The notes beneath the pieces were generated by a model. The model ran no database searches, was not told the origin of the DNA, and saw only the letters and a list, made by a program, of their open reading frames with translations. This document shows, piece by piece, positions 36,086 to 44,103 of a DNA stretch of 64,000 bases. Source of the DNA: Clostridia bacterium (GTDB taxonomy: Bacteria > Bacillota > Clostridia > Oscillospirales > CAG-272); assembly GCA_017937135.1 (NCBI GenBank), contig JAGBEE010000003.1, positions 8,637-72,636 on the forward strand, read 5' to 3'. Position 1 is the first letter of the stretch. Each line of letters begins with the position of its first letter. The translations under genes and the position numbers were made by a program.

Positions 36086-37366
36086 ATGAACAATAATCAA
36101 AAGAAAAAATCAGTTCGTTTAACCTTTGCTCCATCTGATAAAAGTGGTGAATACGGCGTAAGACTTCCCAAAAGAGAAGTAATAGACGAGGAATATGAGG
36201 TTAACGAAAAGCTTCTTTATGAAAACACAGCAAAGGAAGCTGACAAAATAGAAAAGGAGCTCCCAATTGAAGAAAAGGAGCTTCAAAATGAGGAAACAGC
36301 GACTCAAGGTGAGGAAAAAGAGACTCAATACGAGGATGACTCACTAAAAAATCAAGGCACGCAGGATACAGAGGAGCCACTTGAGAAGAACGTAAGACTT
36401 ATGTCTCCTACAAGAATGGTAATAAGACGTTTCTTCCGTTCAAAGCTTAGTATTGTTGGTCTTATAATGGTAATAGGACTATTCTTATTCAGCTTTTTAG
36501 GTCCTGTTGTTTATACCCGTTGGGGAGAAACCGACCTTGATGACTCAGGAAAAATAGACTATTCAGCAACACAAATCATCTATACAAGAGACGGACAGGA
36601 ATATACCGTACAGCAGGTTGTAGAAACTGACCGTAAATACAACTCACTTGACGGAATTTCAGCTGACCACCTTCTTGGCACAGACAAGGAGGGCTATGAT
36701 ACCTTTGTAAGACTTATGTATGGTGGACGTATTTCACTTACAGTAAGCTTCTTAGCAGTATTTGTAATTACCATCTTAGGTGTTGTAATGGGTGGTATAG
36801 CAGGATATTTCGGTGGAGCAATAGATAATATAATAATGAGAATATGTGATATTCTTATATGCCTACCGGGTATTCCGATTTTGCTTATTATTGGTCTTAT
36901 TCTTGATAACGCACAGGTCGATGGCTCACAAAGAATTTACTGGCTTATGATTTACTTGACCTTGTTCTCATGGCCAGGAACAGCGCGCCTTGTAAGAGGA
37001 CAAATTCTTTCACTTCGTGAGCAGGAGTATATGGTTGCCGCAGAGGCGATGGGATACTCAGTTCCAAGAAAAATATTCAAGCACTTAGTGCCAAACGTAA
37101 TGCCACAGCTTATAGTTCAAATGAGCCTTAGCCTTGGTAGTATGATTCTTTATGAGGCAACGCTTTCATACTTGAACCTCGGTGTACGTGCACCATACGC
37201 AGCGTGGGGTACTATGATAAACGTTATTTCAACTGACTCAAACATTCTACAAAATCACCCGCTTGTATGGCTACCGGCAGGTATTTGTATAGTAATTGCA
37301 GTTTTGGGCTTCAACTTCGTTGGTGATGGCTTGCGCGATGCGCTTGACCCGAAGATGAGGAGGTAA
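36086..37366 (+). CDS. ABC transporter permease (OppC/DppC-like) with a ~110-aa acidic N-terminal extension
   Basis: Start at the ATG at 36086 (GGAGGGAG upstream). BPD_transp_1 core (EYMVAAEAMGYSVPRKIFKHLVPN). The N-terminus is rich in E/K/Q. Confidence 0.85.
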   Translation: MNNNQKKKSVRLTFAPSDKSGEYGVRLPKREVIDEEYEVNEKLLYENTAKEADKIEKELPIEEKELQNEETATQGEEKETQYEDDSLKNQGTQDTEEPLEKNVRLMSPTRMVIRRFFRSKLSIVGLIMVIGLFLFSFLGPVVYTRWGETDLDDSGKIDYSATQIIYTRDGQEYTVQQVVETDRKYNSLDGISADHLLGTDKEGYDTFVRLMYGGRISLTVSFLAVFVITILGVVMGGIAGYFGGAIDNIIMRICDILICLPGIPILLIIGLILDNAQVDGSQRIYWLMIYLTLFSWPGTARLVRGQILSLREQEYMVAAEAMGYSVPRKIFKHLVPNVMPQLIVQMSLSLGSMILYEATLSYLNLGVRAPYAAWGTMINVISTDSNILQNHPLVWLPAGICIVIAVLGFNFVGDGLRDALDPKMRR

Positions 37367-37368
37367 TT

Positions 37369-38721
37369 ATGGGACTTTTTGGACTTTTTAAGAAAAAAGA
37401 AAAGAATACGAATTACCTTTCAGGCAAGGAAATCCGTCAAATAGCAAAAGAAAATAAAAAAATAATGAATGAGCTCGAAAGATATAAATATCGCAAGGCA
37501 AGTGAGGACGAGTTCACAACCGAAATGAAGGATAACAAAAATATTTTGGAAATTGACGACCTTCACACCTACTTCTTTACAGAGCAGGGCGTTGTTAAGG
37601 CGGTAAACGGAGTTTCATTCGACATTCCCAAAAACGCAACAGTTGGCGTAGTTGGAGAAAGTGGCTGTGGAAAGAGCGTAACAAGCATGTCAGTTATGCG
37701 TCTTTTACAAGGGCCACAGGGACAAATCTATTCTGGTAGCATTCGCTTTAAGGCTTATGACTACGTAAAGGATGAAAACGGTAATCCAAAGCCCGTTTAT
37801 GAAACAGACGAGCTTGGCAACATTGTTTACAAGGATTTGACTGACAAAAAAGGCAACAAAAAGCTCGATAAAGAGGGCAAGACAATTAAGGTGCCTGTAC
37901 AAAAAACAGATGCACAGGGAGTTTTGCAATACGAAAACGAGGAAAAAATTTACGATATTGCAAAAATGCCAATAAATGAAATCCACCGTATTCGTGGTAA
38001 GCAAATAGCAATGATTTTCCAAGAGCCAATGACCTCACTCAACCCAATTTTCACAATTGGAGAGCAGCTTGACGAGGTAACCTTTATCCACGTCCCAGGC
38101 GCAACTAAGGAAATGGCAAAGGCAAAATCAATTGAAATGCTTAATCTTGTTGGTATCGCAATGCCCGAGCGCGTATATAATTCATATCCACACGAGCTTT
38201 CGGGTGGTATGAGACAGCGTGTAATGATTTCAATGGCGCTTGCTTGTAATCCAAGGCTAATCATAGCTGACGAGCCAACAACAGCGCTCGACGTTACAAT
38301 TCAAGCACAGATACTTGACCTATTAAGAGACCTCAAAACAAAGATTGATGGCTCAATACTTCTAATCACTCATGACCTTGGTATAATTGCCGAAATGGCT
38401 GACTACGTGGTTGTAATGTATGCGGGCAGAGTAATTGAAAAGGGTACAGTACAGGAAATTTTCCATAACCCCTTGCATCCATATACAATAGGACTTCAAA
38501 AGTCTAAGCCTACGCTTGATTCAGATAGCGACACGCTATTTAATATTCCGGGCAACGTGCCTAACCCTGTAAATATGCCTAATTTCTGCTATTTCAAGGA
38601 GAGATGCTCCAGGTGCGTAGCAAAATGCTCAGGCGATTATCCGGGTATGGTACAGGTTAGTCCAACGCACTTTGTTGCGTGTCATTTGTATAATAACGAA
38701 AAGGAGATCGAAAATGGCTGA
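37369..38721 (+). CDS. ABC transporter ATP-binding protein (OppD-like) with an N-terminal extension and an insert after Walker A
   Basis: Walker A GESGCGKS, signature LSGGMRQR, Walker B LIIADEPT. A ~60-aa K/E-rich insert (YDYVKDENGNPKP...QYENEEKIYD). Cys-rich C-terminal tail. Confidence 0.9.
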   Translation: MGLFGLFKKKEKNTNYLSGKEIRQIAKENKKIMNELERYKYRKASEDEFTTEMKDNKNILEIDDLHTYFFTEQGVVKAVNGVSFDIPKNATVGVVGESGCGKSVTSMSVMRLLQGPQGQIYSGSIRFKAYDYVKDENGNPKPVYETDELGNIVYKDLTDKKGNKKLDKEGKTIKVPVQKTDAQGVLQYENEEKIYDIAKMPINEIHRIRGKQIAMIFQEPMTSLNPIFTIGEQLDEVTFIHVPGATKEMAKAKSIEMLNLVGIAMPERVYNSYPHELSGGMRQRVMISMALACNPRLIIADEPTTALDVTIQAQILDLLRDLKTKIDGSILLITHDLGIIAEMADYVVVMYAGRVIEKGTVQEIFHNPLHPYTIGLQKSKPTLDSDSDTLFNIPGNVPNPVNMPNFCYFKERCSRCVAKCSGDYPGMVQVSPTHFVACHLYNNEKEIENG

Positions 38722-39835
38722 AGAAAAGTTTAACGACTTGGCGCAAGACGCACCAATCGAAGAAGATACCTCGGCACAACAAGCTCTCCAATATGACGAC
38801 GCAGCCGAAGAAGCAAAATATCTTGAGGCAAAAAAGCAAAAAATAGAAGAGGACTCCAAAAAGCCCTTCGACCCCGAGGCACTTTTAGAGGTGCGCCACC
38901 TTCGTAAGAGCTTCCCGATAAAGAAGTCAATTACAGGTAAGGTTTTACAGGAGCTTGTTGCAGTTGACGACGTTTCCTTCACCTTAAAGCCAGGTGAAAC
39001 GCTTGGTATAGTTGGAGAAAGTGGCTGTGGTAAAACTACAATGGGTAGAACTATTTTGAAGCTTCATCCCTCAAACGGTGGTCAAATAATCTTTGACGGA
39101 CAGGATATAACAAATTACAAATCCTCGCAAATGCGAGAAATACGCAAAAAAATGCAAATCATTTTCCAAGACCCATACTCATCCTTACCGCCTCGTAGCA
39201 CGGTTGGTGGAATACTTTCCGAGCCTGTAAAGGTGCACAAAATAGTGCCTAAAAACGAGATTAAGGACTACGTTTTGGAGCTTATGGACAAATGTGGCTT
39301 GCGTGATTATTACTACGAGAGATATCCACACGAGTTTTCAGGAGGTCAGCGCCAAAGAATATGTATTGCGCGTGCACTTTCAGTAAACCCTAAGCTTGTT
39401 ATTTGTGATGAGCCCGTTTCAGCGCTCGACGTATCGATTCAGGCGCAAATAATCAACCTTTTAAAGAATTTACAGGAGTCTATGGGACTTACATATCTAT
39501 TTATTTCGCACGACTTGTCCGTTGTAAAGTTCATTTCCGACAAAATCGGTGTAATGTATCTTGGCTCAATGGTTGAGTTCGGTGCAAAGAAGGATATTTT
39601 CTCAAATCCATTACACCCTTATACAAAGGCGCTTTTCTCGGCGATTCCACATCCAAATCCCGATATAAAGATGAACCGTATGGTTTTGACAGGCGATATT
39701 CCATCACCAGCAAATCCACCAAAGGGATGCAGATTCCACACGCGTTGCCCATACGCTAAGGAAATATGCAAGCACATAACCCCCGAGTATAAGGAATACG
39801 AGGCAGGACACTTTGCTGCGTGTCACCTTTTATAA
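38714..39835 (+). CDS. ABC transporter ATP-binding protein (OppF-like) with an acidic N-terminal extension
   Basis: Start at the ATG at 38714 (AAGGAG upstream), overlapping the previous gene by 8 nt. Walker A GESGCGKT, signature FSGGQRQR, Walker B LVICDEPV. Confidence 0.9.
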   Translation: MAEEKFNDLAQDAPIEEDTSAQQALQYDDAAEEAKYLEAKKQKIEEDSKKPFDPEALLEVRHLRKSFPIKKSITGKVLQELVAVDDVSFTLKPGETLGIVGESGCGKTTMGRTILKLHPSNGGQIIFDGQDITNYKSSQMREIRKKMQIIFQDPYSSLPPRSTVGGILSEPVKVHKIVPKNEIKDYVLELMDKCGLRDYYYERYPHEFSGGQRQRICIARALSVNPKLVICDEPVSALDVSIQAQIINLLKNLQESMGLTYLFISHDLSVVKFISDKIGVMYLGSMVEFGAKKDIFSNPLHPYTKALFSAIPHPNPDIKMNRMVLTGDIPSPANPPKGCRFHTRCPYAKEICKHITPEYKEYEAGHFAACHLL

Positions 39836-39849
39836 TAGGAGTAAAAAAT

Positions 39850-40110
39850 ATGAGCGAGAATAAGAACGAAAAAAAGGAAAAGAAGGAAAAGGTTAAATAT
39901 ATTGACGATGGCAGAACCATTGCTGATATGTCAAGTGTCGGTGGTGGAAAGAAGAGAAGCAACAACACACCCCTTCGCCCTCGTGCGAGTGCAAAGGAGC
40001 AGTGGCAAACCTATTGGAGCGCTGTAAAAATGATGTTTCTCCCAATGCTTGTCGTAATTGGCATACTTTGCGTAACCTTTTTAGTAGCTTATCTTGCTTT
40101 CTCTCTTTAA
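39850..40110 (+). CDS. Small single-TM protein with a basic N-terminus
   Basis: 86 aa from the ATG at 39850 (AGGAG upstream). K/E-rich N-terminus and one C-terminal TM helix. Last gene before a terminator-like hairpin near 40121-40170. Confidence 0.55.
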   Translation: MSENKNEKKEKKEKVKYIDDGRTIADMSSVGGGKKRSNNTPLRPRASAKEQWQTYWSAVKMMFLPMLVVIGILCVTFLVAYLAFSL

Positions 40111-40237
40111 TCTAACAAAATAAGAAAAGAGCAAATATAGAGAAAAATCTCTGTACTTGCCCTTTTTTGTTGTTCAAATATTGTAAATTTACATTTTAAA
40201 TTTCAAATTAGCTGAGTGAAAAGTGCCAAGAAAAATG

Positions 40238-40933
40238 TTATTTTTCTTTATCACCTGATAATTTTTCAACTCCAACAACACTTAGTGTTTTATCTTGAAC
40301 CTTAAATTTTATCTCATAGCTATCAAGCTCAAAGCCAAAAACACGCTCAGGAGTGTCGATATAGGAGGGACGAGGGTCGTTTTCTAAGATTTCCTTAAGG
40401 CAGGGGATAATTGAGGCTGGAAGTAGCCTTTCAAGCTCTGGTGGAATAACCACATTTAAAATATAGTCCTCTAATTCCTCGGTAAAGCCACATACAGCAT
40501 CAGGTATAGAGTCTGAAAATGCAAGATATGGCTTTATATCATAAACAGGCGAGCCATTCATCATATCAGCACCAAGTAGTCTTAAAACATAACCATTTTC
40601 CTTGGTATATTCGATTTTTTCGAGCTTCATAGCCGACATAGCAAGAGAATTGGGCCTATATGGGGAGCGAGTAGCGAAAACCCCCATTCGCGTATTGCCA
40701 CCTAAGCGAGGTGGGCGTACGGTTGGAGAAAATTTTTCGTATTTTGCCTCGGAAAAGCCCCAAATTACCCACACGTGCGAATAATTTTCAAGACCTCTTA
40801 ATGCTTCTTTTGACCTAAATTCCTCGTCAAAAATCAAGGTTGCAGGCGAGCATTTTGCAACGCCACCTTGTCGTGGCGCACCAAATTTAGTTTTATATAG
40901 CGTATTTAAGTAGCCAATTCTTTTTATTTCCAT
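40238..40933 (-). CDS. trmO: tRNA (N6-threonylcarbamoyladenosine(37)-N6)-methyltransferase TrmO (TsaA/YaeB family)
   Basis: Start at MEIKRIGY. Family motifs KFGAPRQGG, HVWVIWGF, RPPRLGGNTRMGVFATRSPYRPN. Confidence 0.85.
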   Translation of the reverse strand: MEIKRIGYLNTLYKTKFGAPRQGGVAKCSPATLIFDEEFRSKEALRGLENYSHVWVIWGFSEAKYEKFSPTVRPPRLGGNTRMGVFATRSPYRPNSLAMSAMKLEKIEYTKENGYVLRLLGADMMNGSPVYDIKPYLAFSDSIPDAVCGFTEELEDYILNVVIPPELERLLPASIIPCLKEILENDPRPSYIDTPERVFGFELDSYEIKFKVQDKTLSVVGVEKLSGDKEK

Positions 40934-41045
40934 TATATTACTCCATAGTCTGCCATTTATCACAAGTATATAGTGGCAATTTATCACAAAATGCGACACC
41001 TGGTAGGGCGTTTTAATAAAATCACAGAAGCCCTTTACATAAAAG

Positions 41046-42278
41046 CTATTTTTTCATAGCGCCTGGCAGAGTAATGCTTTTATCAGTGTGTGATGGCATT
41101 TTTCTTTCATCAAGCACAGTTGCAGGCTGAATAGAGCGCTTGCCATATGCATTATTTATTTCATCGATAGTAGAATTTAATCTTTTTAATTTGTCCTGCT
41201 TTTCATAATCGAAAAACATCATTGACTGTACAGGCGCATCCTCTGACTGCAAATCTATTGCAGTAACACTTAGCGCACGCACCTTGAATTTCCAATTGTA
41301 GTTCTTTTTTAATATAGAAATTGCAACCCTTGCAATTTCTGCTTGGTCCTGAGTTGCAACCTCAAGCTTCGTTTGAAATGAGAAAACACAAAGGTTTTCA
41401 TCCTTTACACTGAGGCTAACCCCCATGCACGACATCTTGTGCGCCCTTAATTTATAGCCAATATCTTGACATAGCGCAACTATGACCTTTGATGCCTCTT
41501 CTGTGTTTTCCAAGTTTTCAATACAGGTAATTCCGTGCCCGATAGATTTTGGTGGAGTATAGTCATTCATATGAGCCACACGGGAGTCGTCCTCACCGTT
41601 AGCAAAAACCCACAGGGCGTGTCCGTTTTTTCCGAATTTAGACACTAAATAATTTTCTGGCATACGAGCAAGAGCACCAATTGTAGTAATGCCAAGACGC
41701 ATTAGCCTTTCACTCGTATGTCTTCCACAATAAAGAAGGTCACTAACAGGCAAGGGCCACACAAGCTCCTTGAAATTTTCCCTTGTTATAAGCGTTTGTG
41801 CATCAGGCTTTTTCATATCGCTACCAAGCTTAGCAAATACCTTGTTAAAGGATATTCCAACGCTAACGCTAAGTCCAAGCTCGTCCTTAACTGCTTGTCT
41901 TATTTCGCTTGCGATTTCCTCACCACTTTTTAAGGAGTCAGAAACATCAAGCCAACATTCATCAAGCCCATATGGCTCTATATAGTCAGTATATCTTTCG
42001 TAAATTTTGTGCAGAAGAAGTGAAAATTTTTGATAATACTCAAATCTTGGTGGCACTATAACCAAGTCAGGGCAAAGTGATAGTGCCTCACGATTAGTCA
42101 TTCCTGTTTTTACACCACATTTTTTGGCTTTTTCTGATTTTGCTAAAACTATTCCGTGTCGTTCATTTTCCGAGCCACAAACAGCAACAGCCTTATCTCT
42201 TAGGCTTGGATTCAATACCATCTCGCACGATGCGTAAAAGCAATTTGCATCGCTGTGTAAAATAACTCGTTCCTTCAT
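41046..42278 (-). CDS. Y-family translesion DNA polymerase (UmuC-like)
   Basis: 410 aa. N-terminal HSDANCFYASCE motif (UmuC/ImpB type), then EPYGLDECWLDVS and the palm/finger/little-finger order. Confidence 0.85.
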   Translation of the reverse strand: MKERVILHSDANCFYASCEMVLNPSLRDKAVAVCGSENERHGIVLAKSEKAKKCGVKTGMTNREALSLCPDLVIVPPRFEYYQKFSLLLHKIYERYTDYIEPYGLDECWLDVSDSLKSGEEIASEIRQAVKDELGLSVSVGISFNKVFAKLGSDMKKPDAQTLITRENFKELVWPLPVSDLLYCGRHTSERLMRLGITTIGALARMPENYLVSKFGKNGHALWVFANGEDDSRVAHMNDYTPPKSIGHGITCIENLENTEEASKVIVALCQDIGYKLRAHKMSCMGVSLSVKDENLCVFSFQTKLEVATQDQAEIARVAISILKKNYNWKFKVRALSVTAIDLQSEDAPVQSMMFFDYEKQDKLKRLNSTIDEINNAYGKRSIQPATVLDERKMPSHTDKSITLPGAMKK

Positions 42279-42291
42279 TTAAAATACACTC

Positions 42292-42588
42292 TTAAATATT
42301 TTGTGATTTTTGTAATGATGACTTGGGCTGGGAGAAAACCTCCTTAATGGAGAACCACATATTTGTATCTGCCTCGAAATAAATGTATTTTTCCTTGCCG
42401 TCAATAATTACCGTATATTCAATAGGTGCGATGCAGGGCACAGACCTGGGACAATAATTTCGTTTTCTTAACACCCTCGTTATTTCAAAGGCTTGGTCAC
42501 CAAAAACTATTTTTTTAGGATATAACGAGCCATCGGGTGTGAAAAAGCTTTCCACACCCAAGGAAATTCGTTTATATGCTTTTGCCAT
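42292..42588 (-). CDS. Small protein of unknown function in the YolD-like position upstream of the Y-family polymerase
   Basis: 98 aa, 13 nt upstream of the polymerase gene on the same strand. No motif recognised. The call rests on position only. Confidence 0.55.
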   Translation of the reverse strand: MAKAYKRISLGVESFFTPDGSLYPKKIVFGDQAFEITRVLRKRNYCPRSVPCIAPIEYTVIIDGKEKYIYFEADTNMWFSIKEVFSQPKSSLQKSQNI

Positions 42589-42597
42589 TTTATAACC

Positions 42598-43197
42598 TTA
42601 TAGGCTCTTAATTACCTTTGTTGCAATGCCTTGAATTTGACATTCATCAACAAAAATATCTTCCATTTCGGAGTTTTCGGGATGCAAGCGAATTTTCTTC
42701 ATGCTTGGCTCAGGGAAATATCTTTTAAGAGTATTTTGACCGTTAGCCAACGCAACAACAATATCACCAGGCTTAGCAAATTCCTGCTTTTTGATTATAA
42801 CCATATCACCGTCGTCAATTCCTGCCTCTATCATAGATTCACCCGAGGCTGTAAGAATATAAAATTTACCCTTGCCAACAAAGGAAGCCGGGAGCTTAAC
42901 ATATCCCTCAATATATTCCTCCTTTTCATCAAGAGGACCACAGGGAATACGTCCGATTTTAGCAACGCTAACCATTTCCTTTTCAGTTTTAGAAATATAG
43001 TCAGTTTCAATTCCGTAATCACCACGGAATATAATTCCAACTCTTTCCATAATATCAAGGTATCTTTGAACGGTGCTTTTGCTGATGTTTGTAATAGTTG
43101 CAATCTCACGCACAGATGGCGAGCGCATATATGTATCAAAATATTCCTCAACGCACCTTTTAATAATTATAATAGTATCTGCACTAACGTTTCTCAT
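42598..43197 (-). CDS. LexA-like repressor (winged HTH plus S24 peptidase) with a Cys-Gly autocleavage-site motif
   Basis: 199 aa. N-terminal SVREIATITNISKSTVQRYLDIMERVG. S24 Ser/Lys dyad context ASGESMIEAG ... NTLKRY. The cleavage-site position reads GRIPCGPL. Confidence 0.8.
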   Translation of the reverse strand: MRNVSADTIIIIKRCVEEYFDTYMRSPSVREIATITNISKSTVQRYLDIMERVGIIFRGDYGIETDYISKTEKEMVSVAKIGRIPCGPLDEKEEYIEGYVKLPASFVGKGKFYILTASGESMIEAGIDDGDMVIIKKQEFAKPGDIVVALANGQNTLKRYFPEPSMKKIRLHPENSEMEDIFVDECQIQGIATKVIKSL

Positions 43198-43271
43198 AAT
43201 ATCTCTCCTTTAATAAATAATATTTGGGACAATTGACGCTCCAATGTGGGACGATGGAGCGAGTTTATTTA

Positions 43272-43284
43272 GGACATCTTGTCC
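43272..43284. promoter_or_regulatory. Candidate operator palindrome just downstream of the -10 of the lexA-like promoter
   Basis: GGACA-TCT-TGTCC with perfect 5-bp arms. Two further GGGAC/GTCCC motifs lie between it and the RBS. Confidence 0.45.
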
Positions 43285-43289
43285 CATTT

Positions 43290-43318
43290 ATTATAACACC
43301 AAAATTCGACATTGTCAA
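43290..43318 (-). promoter_or_regulatory. Consensus SigA promoter of the lexA-like operon
   Basis: On the minus strand: TTGACA (43318-43313), 17-nt spacer, TATAAT (43295-43290). Confidence 0.7.
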
Positions 43319-43365
43319 TAGGAGTGATAAATTTTTTTTGAAAAATCCGATTAAAGCTCCACCAC

Positions 43366-43398
43366 TAAAAAATACCCAAGCTCAATAAAGCTTGGGTA
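43366..43398 (-). terminator. Rho-independent terminator after the PII-like gene
   Basis: TACCCAAGCT-loop-AGCTTGGGTA with a T-run on the minus strand. Confidence 0.8.
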
Positions 43399-43402
43399 AA
43401 TT

Positions 43403-44092
43403 TTATATTTTAAATACCTTATCAACAGGAACGGATAGAACCACACCCTGCGCCTCGGATTTAAGACCAAATTCACGATTTACATCCTCAAGAATTTGAT
43501 TTCTTACGCTATCAGGTGCAAGAATAGTAACTATTTCCTTTTCCTCGTTTAACTTTGTATTGGCGTAAGCCTCAATGATTTGTCCCTCAGCTAAACGCGC
43601 CTTGATAACAGTACCACCCGTTGCGCCTGCCTTTTTGGCAGTTTGCATAACGCTATCTGTAAATCCACGGTTTACCGAGATTAAAATCAAGCTATATTTA
43701 TATTCGCTGTGCATACTACTGCTACCTCCGTTTCCCTTATCCTCGTTTTCATCTCTGTTTCGACGAATAATTTGCTCACTTATACGGCTGACTGCATTAA
43801 GTGAAATAACCATACTAAGGCCACCCATGCCCATACCTGCGCCGACATTCTTTCCAAGCTCGTTTGAAAGAGATGTAATTGTTTTATAGTCAGCTAAGCT
43901 AATAAGAATATCCTTGTCGTTGTTACCAAGACCTAAAATATCCATCATCTCACTTGAAGCAGTACCGGCACCGATAAATTGGAAATGCATAATTACATTT
44001 CTTGCTTCAAGCGTTTTTATAAATTGTGCACCCTTACCACGTTGAATAATGGAGAAGAGGGCAACTATTTTATCTGCTTTTTTATTTAGCAT
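43403..44092 (-). CDS. Tandem P-II-like (GlnB-fold) domain protein
   Basis: 229 aa. Two ~100-aa halves with PII-like beta-alpha-beta patterns (KIVALFSIIQRGKG..., YSLILISVNRGFTDSVMQTAKKAGATGGTVIKAR), joined by a G/S/N-rich linker. Confidence 0.65.
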   Translation of the reverse strand: MLNKKADKIVALFSIIQRGKGAQFIKTLEARNVIMHFQFIGAGTASSEMMDILGLGNNDKDILISLADYKTITSLSNELGKNVGAGMGMGGLSMVISLNAVSRISEQIIRRNRDENEDKGNGGSSSMHSEYKYSLILISVNRGFTDSVMQTAKKAGATGGTVIKARLAEGQIIEAYANTKLNEEKEIVTILAPDSVRNQILEDVNREFGLKSEAQGVVLSVPVDKVFKI

Positions 44093-44103
44093 AATCCCCC
44101 TCC

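Noticed and set aside
42631-43236. 201-aa plus-strand ORF overlapping the lexA-like gene.
   Set aside because: It is fully antisense to a gene with clear HTH and S24 motifs. Its composition is odd (N/F/I-rich), it has no RBS and no recognisable motif.
43198-43330. Search for a Firmicutes SOS (Cheo) box GAAC-N4-GTTC upstream of the lexA-like operon.
   Set aside because: No such motif is present. Only the GGACA-N3-TGTCC palindrome and GGGAC repeats were found, so I make no claim of classical LexA-regulon control.
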